Assembly: GCA_965226205.1 (NCBI GenBank)
Contig: CBDDCJ010000025.1
Span: 36,800 to 100,799, forward strand
Direction of reading: 5' to 3'
DNA: 64,000 bases
Source: Opitutales bacterium
GTDB lineage: Bacteria > Verrucomicrobiota > Verrucomicrobiia > Opitutales > UBA2987
The translations under genes were made by a program, and so were the position numbers. Of the stretch, positions 58,511-64,000 are shown piece by piece. Each line of letters opens with the position of its first letter. Position 1 is the first letter of the stretch. The notes beneath the pieces were generated by a model. It did not search any database. It was not told where the DNA came from and worked only from the letters and a program-made list of their open reading frames with translations.

Positions 58511-60289
58511 TCATTTCCCGAATTTTTTTTCCAGTTCGCTGCGGGAAATTTCAAAAAATGTGGGCCTGCCTTTGGGGTCGCTCAAGGGATTCTGGCAGGA
58601 CATGAGCCGCTCCGCCAGCCGCATAACTTCCTCCCTGCCGGGGGGATGGCCGGCACCGGCCATACGGATGGAGGCGAGCCGGGCAATTTCCTCCCTGGCC
58701 AGCTGCGGACGATCGGGGTTCAAACCGCGCTCCCGGAGCCAGCCGAGCAAATCACGGGCAAAACTCTCTCCCTGCCCCGGATCCAGCCATTCGGGCAAGG
58801 CTTCAATGCGAAAGTAGTTGCGCCCGAATGGCTCAATGTCGAATCCATTGCCCCGAAAAAATTCGAGGTTCTCCTGCAGGGCGGCGGCGCCGGGCGCATC
58901 GAGTTCCAGCGGGATGGGAAAGAGGAGCTTTTGACGCCCAGGGGCGCGCCCCCCGGCCACGGCCAGGATTTCCTCGTAGAGAATCCGGCTCCTGGCCCCG
59001 CGCCAATTAAGAAGCACAAGACCGGTGTCCGTCTCGAAAACGACATAAGAACCGTGAGCGGCGCCAATGTAACGCCAGTTCAAACGGCCCTCCGGGGCGG
59101 GCGCGGGCGCGTGACTTTGTTTTTTTTCCGATTCTGTCTTTAGGGATGGGGCGGAGGTGGCAGAGCCGTCGTTTCCCTTAGAGAATGGAGTTTTCCCTGG
59201 CATCGGTCCGGGAATGGAACCGGCTGGACGATGGATTTTTGCGGGTTCAACCTCTGGGGGGAGCTGAACTGGGGCCGTTTTCCGTATGACCGGTGATGCG
59301 GAAACCTCCCGCAGGCGGTCGAGGACGGCCCGGATAAAAAAATACCGCAGCTTTCCCTCTTCCCGGAAACGCACCTCGCGTTTGGCCGGATGCACATTGA
59401 TATCGACCAGGGCGGGGTCCACCTCGAGAAAGATGAAGGCCAGCGGATAACGGCCTTTGGGAATGTAGGTGTGGTAGGCTTCGATGAGGCTGAATTTGAG
59501 GGTTCGGCTGTCCACCGGACGCCGGTTGACATAGGTGACCAGCTCGTGCCGGGTGGCCCGCCCCACTCCCGGTTTGCCGATCAATCCGGTCAGTTTGAAA
59601 TTTTCATCCTCCACCTCGATTTCGATGAGTTGGCCGGCTATCTGGCGGCCGAATATTTCCCCCACTCGTTCGCGTAGGTTCTGGCAAACCGGCGAGCGAA
59701 AAAGGGTGCGGCCATTTTCCAAAAGGGAGAAAGAGGTGTTCGGGTTGGCCACCGCAAAGAGCCTCGACAGATGGATGATGTGGGCCGCCTCGGTATTGTC
59801 GGTTTTGAGGAATTTGCGGCGGGCGGGCACGGGGTGGAAAAGATGGGCCACCTCGATTTGGGAACCCACCGGCATCCCGCATTCCTTGGTATGGATGAGC
59901 TTGCCGCCGTTGACGAATATTTCGGTGCCGTGGGGTTGGGCCCGAGCGCGGGTGCGCATGGTGAAACGAGAGACGCTGGCAATGGAGGGAATCGCCTCGC
60001 CGCGAAACCCGTAGCTGCTAATTTTAAGGAGGTCGGCCGCTTCCCGGATTTTGCTGGTGCCATGCCGTTCGAGCGAGAGCAAAGCATCGTCCGGGCTCAT
60101 ACCGTGGCCATTATCCTCGACCCGGATGAGGCTTTTCCCGCCCTTGCTAAACTCGATTTCGATGCGCCCGGCGCCTGCATCGAGGCTGTTCTCAATCAAT
60201 TCCTTGGCCACCGCCGCGGGCCGCTCGATGACCTCGCCGGCAGCGATTTGATTGGCCACGATATCGGGCAATATTCGAATGGAGGGCAT
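58511..60289 (-). CDS. mutL: DNA mismatch repair protein MutL
   Basis: The N-terminal GHKL ATPase is present (IVANQIAAGEVIERPAAVAKELIENSLDAGA). A Pro-rich linker and a C-terminal dimerisation domain follow. Confidence 0.95.
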   Translation of the reverse strand: MPSIRILPDIVANQIAAGEVIERPAAVAKELIENSLDAGAGRIEIEFSKGGKSLIRVEDNGHGMSPDDALLSLERHGTSKIREAADLLKISSYGFRGEAIPSIASVSRFTMRTRARAQPHGTEIFVNGGKLIHTKECGMPVGSQIEVAHLFHPVPARRKFLKTDNTEAAHIIHLSRLFAVANPNTSFSLLENGRTLFRSPVCQNLRERVGEIFGRQIAGQLIEIEVEDENFKLTGLIGKPGVGRATRHELVTYVNRRPVDSRTLKFSLIEAYHTYIPKGRYPLAFIFLEVDPALVDINVHPAKREVRFREEGKLRYFFIRAVLDRLREVSASPVIRKTAPVQLPPEVEPAKIHRPAGSIPGPMPGKTPFSKGNDGSATSAPSLKTESEKKQSHAPAPAPEGRLNWRYIGAAHGSYVVFETDTGLVLLNWRGARSRILYEEILAVAGGRAPGRQKLLFPIPLELDAPGAAALQENLEFFRGNGFDIEPFGRNYFRIEALPEWLDPGQGESFARDLLGWLRERGLNPDRPQLAREEIARLASIRMAGAGHPPGREEVMRLAERLMSCQNPLSDPKGRPTFFEISRSELEKKFGK

Positions 60290-60482
60290 CTTCCAGAAAA
60301 AGGCTACACTGGCCCAAAGATTTCATTGTTGAAAGAAAAAAGCTGGGAAAAATTTGCCCTTTAGGAGAAAATAACCAGAAGAAACAGGGCTGTTTTGTAA
60401 TTGGGGCAAGTAAAGGTATGGGAATGGTAAAATAGAATTAGCTGGATTTATCCTGATTCTTCTGTATTGAATCATACTGATT

Positions 60483-60812
60483 ATGACTAAATTATCTCTA
60501 GACTACGAAACCAGCAGCGAAAGCAAAACTGTCTCCGTTAGTATTCTTGAGGATGCCGTGATCAATTTATGGAAGAATCACCAATACAATGATTTATACA
60601 CGGATTACCTAGAGGAACACATATCTCAAGAAGAATTTCTGGAAGACGCTAAAAAATTAGCCATTGAGGTAAAAACCTTCACTCCCCAAGAAATAAAGAT
60701 GCGGCTCTCGGTTTTTTGCTCTCTCTTGGGTGTTGAGGAGCTGGATTCTGAAGAATTGGGGCTGCTCACTAGTGCTGATCCCAATCAGTTGGAGCTTGCC
60801 CTGGATTCATGA
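60483..60812 (+). CDS. hypothetical acidic protein
   Basis: 109-aa ORF rich in Glu/Asp, with no family recognised. It lies in an AT-rich intergenic-like patch between mutL and the DUF255 gene. Coding status rests only on ORF length and tight spacing to the next ORF. Confidence 0.4.
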   Translation: MTKLSLDYETSSESKTVSVSILEDAVINLWKNHQYNDLYTDYLEEHISQEEFLEDAKKLAIEVKTFTPQEIKMRLSVFCSLLGVEELDSEELGLLTSADPNQLELALDS

Positions 60813-60815
60813 TTC

Positions 60816-61229
60816 ATGACCGAATCGAGAAATGAAGCCCCTGCCTCCATTGAAAGGGCAAAAATTGAGATATGCGGGCAAAAAATCAAGTCTCGGCTTC
60901 CAAAAAAACGTGAGAGGGGCATTGTATTTCCGTTTAAGGTTTCCATCGGAGGGGAAGGGACACTATCGGATGCGTATGATCCCGATGATGATATAGAGCT
61001 TGTCGATAAAGACTCCCTTACAGAAGTCGGCGACAATATAGCCGGAATCCAATTGTGGGGGTTCACCTCCGATGGTCCAGTCCTCACAAAAAAAGGAGGA
61101 ATGGGGCGAACCGGGGCCCATACGGGGCAATTTGCAGTTTTAAGCGGAGCCTTGAATTTTGCATGTTTGATTAAGGGCCACCGTGGGGATCCGCTTTTGT
61201 TGCATCCACAAAAAATACTTATTCAATAA
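60816..61229 (+). CDS. hypothetical protein
   Basis: 137-aa ORF starting 3 nt after the previous stop. No family recognised. Confidence 0.4.
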   Translation: MTESRNEAPASIERAKIEICGQKIKSRLPKKRERGIVFPFKVSIGGEGTLSDAYDPDDDIELVDKDSLTEVGDNIAGIQLWGFTSDGPVLTKKGGMGRTGAHTGQFAVLSGALNFACLIKGHRGDPLLLHPQKILIQ

Positions 61230-61310
61230 TTTCATTGCTTCATTTGTCTTCCCTTGGGAGTTGAAATTTTCCATTCCCATTTGCAATCAGGACCAAGGGT
61301 TCCAAGCATT

Positions 61311-63317
61311 ATGCCCAATCTACTCGCCCAGGAAAAAAGCCTTTATTTGCGCCAGCATGGCGACAATCCCGTGGATTGGCGGCCCTGGGGCCCGGATGCA
61401 CTGGCGGCGGCCGAGGAGGCGAACAAGCCGCTACTGCTATCCATCGGTTACAGTTCCTGCCATTGGTGCCATGTGATGGCCCATGAGTCGTTCGAGGACA
61501 AATATATCGCGGGGATCATGAACGAGCATTTCGTCTGTGTGAAAATCGACCGCGAGGAACGGCCCGACCTCGACAAAATCTACATGGAGGCGATGCAAAT
61601 GCTCAACGGGCAGGGAGGCTGGCCATTGAACGTGTTCTGCCTGCCGGATGGCCGCCCTTTTGCCGGGGGCACTTATTTTCCCCCCACAGACCGCGGGCAG
61701 GGCCTCATACCCTGGCCCCAGATATTGGTCAGGATTTCGGATTTTTACCACCGGGAGAGGGAAAAGCTGGAGGAAAATGCTCGATCCATCCTGCAAAACA
61801 TGGAAAAGGCCGGAAAGGCCGCCTTCGAGGCCGAAGGCAGCCTGGGCCAACCAGAGATCCTCGCCGCCAGCCATGCCATTTGCGGCGCCCATGACGATGA
61901 GTGGGGCGGGTTCGGAGGGACGCCCAAATTCCCGCCTTCGATGACCCTCAATTATCTGCTGGAAATGCGCAACACCGCTTCTGTCGATGAGCGCAACCCC
62001 TCATTTGCCCGAAGAATCGATGAGGTTGCGCAAAAGACCCTCGAGTGCATGGCCCTGGGCGGTATTTACGATCAAATCGGGGGTGGTTTTGCCCGCTACA
62101 GCGTGGACCGTTACTGGCGCATTCCTCATTTCGAGAAAATGCTCTACGACAACGCCCTCTTGCTGGACATTTTCACCAAAGGCTGGCTGCGCTATCGAAA
62201 ACCACTCTACCGGGCCGTGGTGGAGGAGACCATCGGTTGGCTGGAGCGAGAGATGCGTTCTCCCGGCGGCGGCTATTATTCCTCTCTGGATGCCGACAGC
62301 GAAGGGGTGGAGGGAAAATTCCAGGTTTGGAACCCAGGCCAGGTAAAGGAAATTCTGGGCCAGCGGGATGGCGATGATTTCTGCCGACTTTACGGCATCA
62401 CCGGGGAGGGGAATTTTGAGCATGGATTTTCCAACCCGGTTCTGGCAGCCGATGATTTTGAAAAACGCCTGGCCATGACACCGCTGAGGGAAAAAATGCT
62501 CGGCGTCCGCCAACAAAGAGTGGGTCCGGGAAAAGACCTCAAGCAATTGACAAGTTGGAACAGCTTGCTCATCCGCGGGTTGGCCGAAGCCGGTTTTTAT
62601 ATGGGGCAAAAGGATTGGCTGCGTACCGCCCGCCAAGCGGCCGACTGGATATGGGAACATCTGCGGTTCAGCGAGGACCGCCTCCATACCGCCTATTTTG
62701 AGGGCGAGGCCCATTTGAATGGTTATCTGGACGATTACGCTTTTTATGCCGAGGCGCTGCTATCTCTGGCCGCAAAAATCGATTGGCTGGAAGAAGGAAT
62801 CAGCCAAACTTATATCGACAGGGCGCGAATATTGGTGGACTCCATTTTACGAAACTTTGCCGACTCCAGCGGGCAATCCGGTTTCTTTTTCACCAGCGGC
62901 GATCACGAGCGGCTCGTCCATCGTCAAAAGGAATGGTGGGACAATCCGATTCCTTGCGGCAACTCCAGTCTTGTACACTGTTTTTCATGCCTTTATGCAT
63001 TAACCGGTGAGGCTCGTTACCGGGAAGAATTGGAAAATCTTCGATCCGCCTATCCGTATTTTGCCCAAAGATACCCCAGCGGAATCGCTCACGCCTTGGC
63101 TGGCTTTACCACGGATGCTATCGGTATCGTCATCATCAAGAAAAAAGGGCCGGGTTCTCTGGATGTTCTTCGGCGAGCGCTGGCCGGCAAACCTTGGCGC
63201 CGGGTTTTTCTTTTGGCCACGCAAGACAAAGCTCAGCCGAAGGGCTACCAGTTGTGTGTGGGAACTCGCTGCCTGGCACCCTCCTTGGAACCGGAAACGC
63301 TCCTGCAATATATCTGA
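61311..63317 (+). CDS. thioredoxin-domain protein of the DUF255/YyaL type (Trx-like N-domain plus alpha/alpha-toroid)
   Basis: [27 protein letters not shown]...[22 protein letters not shown]... is the characteristic N-terminus. The start is placed at ATG 61311. Confidence 0.85.
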   Translation: MPNLLAQEKSLYLRQHGDNPVDWRPWGPDALAAAEEANKPLLLSIGYSSCHWCHVMAHESFEDKYIAGIMNEHFVCVKIDREERPDLDKIYMEAMQMLNGQGGWPLNVFCLPDGRPFAGGTYFPPTDRGQGLIPWPQILVRISDFYHREREKLEENARSILQNMEKAGKAAFEAEGSLGQPEILAASHAICGAHDDEWGGFGGTPKFPPSMTLNYLLEMRNTASVDERNPSFARRIDEVAQKTLECMALGGIYDQIGGGFARYSVDRYWRIPHFEKMLYDNALLLDIFTKGWLRYRKPLYRAVVEETIGWLEREMRSPGGGYYSSLDADSEGVEGKFQVWNPGQVKEILGQRDGDDFCRLYGITGEGNFEHGFSNPVLAADDFEKRLAMTPLREKMLGVRQQRVGPGKDLKQLTSWNSLLIRGLAEAGFYMGQKDWLRTARQAADWIWEHLRFSEDRLHTAYFEGEAHLNGYLDDYAFYAEALLSLAAKIDWLEEGISQTYIDRARILVDSILRNFADSSGQSGFFFTSGDHERLVHRQKEWWDNPIPCGNSSLVHCFSCLYALTGEARYREELENLRSAYPYFAQRYPSGIAHALAGFTTDAIGIVIIKKKGPGSLDVLRRALAGKPWRRVFLLATQDKAQPKGYQLCVGTRCLAPSLEPETLLQYI

Positions 63318-63449
63318 CTTGGCGCTTGAAATCCGTTACTGCATATCTTTTTATTAAGTCTGGATGGAGCGGCGGGGTGAAAGCTGGTAGTTTATAGTCC
63401 GGTCGTTTCAATTAATCTTCGCATCATAAATAAAACCAGGAAAAACATC

Positions 63450-63890
63450 ATGTCAAAAATCGTACCCCTGATCAGTTCGGGCACCTGCGGGCCTCTCGGT
63501 GTCATTCATCTTCCACGCCTATGGCTGAAAGCTTCGCTCGGAGCCACCGGCCAGCTTCACGACGATTACCCGGCCTGCGGCGAGGGGTATGATGCCATGG
63601 TGCTCAACGGCCTCGGTCTGGACCGGGAGGCGTTTTTGAATTTCATCAATGAGAAAAAACCGACCTATTTCGAAACCGAGGCCTGGATACTCGAACAGAA
63701 AGGCGGCTCGCTCGATCAGGCCGCGGTCAAGGAATTGAACGATTCTATTACCGGCTTCATTCACGCGGAGGACACCCGCACGGAAATTCTGGACTGCTGC
63801 GGCCTCGATCATGAAGGCGCCTGCCGGGATGCCGTCAACCTGAACAATCTGGACGACTGGAAAATTTTCCACGATAGCACCTTGGCTTAA
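63450..63890 (+). CDS. DUF5069 domain protein
   Basis: ...GVIHLPRLWLKASLGATGQLHDDYPACGEGYDAMVLNGLGLDREAF... matches my memory of DUF5069. Confidence 0.6.
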   Translation: MSKIVPLISSGTCGPLGVIHLPRLWLKASLGATGQLHDDYPACGEGYDAMVLNGLGLDREAFLNFINEKKPTYFETEAWILEQKGGSLDQAAVKELNDSITGFIHAEDTRTEILDCCGLDHEGACRDAVNLNNLDDWKIFHDSTLA

Positions 63891-64000
63891 TGGCTCAGTT
63901 CCATAGCTGAAGAAAGTCTCCCTGCAAAGTTTTCCTCTCCATTTACCTTCTTTATGCATTCGCGGCAGGAAGAGGTTATTGATTTCCTGTCTTTTAATCT

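Overview
This is a bacterial chromosomal window of about 60 genes, densely coding on both strands.

**Backbone.** The backbone is ordinary housekeeping:
- a TatT-type TRAP transporter operon (36-3960)
- a five-gene ABC-2/GldG-like/DUF4340-like envelope operon (3976-12123, minus strand)
- coaX-birA, nadC, tRNA-Thr(CGU), folD, guaA-gpt, and rfbB with an RmlD-like reductase
- hflX, ppdK, tatC, a ribBA-like gene, glgP and mutL

The family mix (Tat-signal sugar-acid dehydratase, Gfo/Idh/MocA, BNR, GldG/DUF4340, DUF3108, DUF2911, DUF5069) hints at a Gram-negative, possibly PVC-group organism. That is only an impression.

**Mobile elements.** The backbone is broken by several patches that look AT-richer by eye (not computed) and by six transposable elements:
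- two base-identical 1,824-bp IS copies in inverted orientation (16322-18145 and 25585-27408)
- two 298-bp MITEs with the same termini (21170-21467 and 37242-37539)
- an IS1634-like element (21131-23434)
- an IS4-family element (40196-41655)

**Main points of interest.**
1. The IS-bracketed patch next to tRNA-Thr holds an intact EVE-nuclease fusion, which is a candidate stand-alone modification-dependent restriction enzyme. It also holds a decayed second nuclease gene and an ardA gene destroyed by a frameshift plus nested IS/MITE insertions.
2. A translationally coupled three-gene cassette (52662-53717) has HicB-like and HicA-like folds preceded by a DUF3467-like gene.
3. A thioredoxin-fold gene is flanked by diverged ~235-bp direct repeats of the 3' end of its DUF3108 neighbour.
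4. A GIY-YIG gene is split by the IS4 element and abuts a truncated brnT with a brnA-like gene.
5. Two probable pseudo-enzymes are present: a beta-lactamase-fold protein lacking its catalytic Lys and Tyr, and a RibB fused to a cysteine-less GTP cyclohydrolase II domain.

I saw no CRISPR array, rRNA or prophage.
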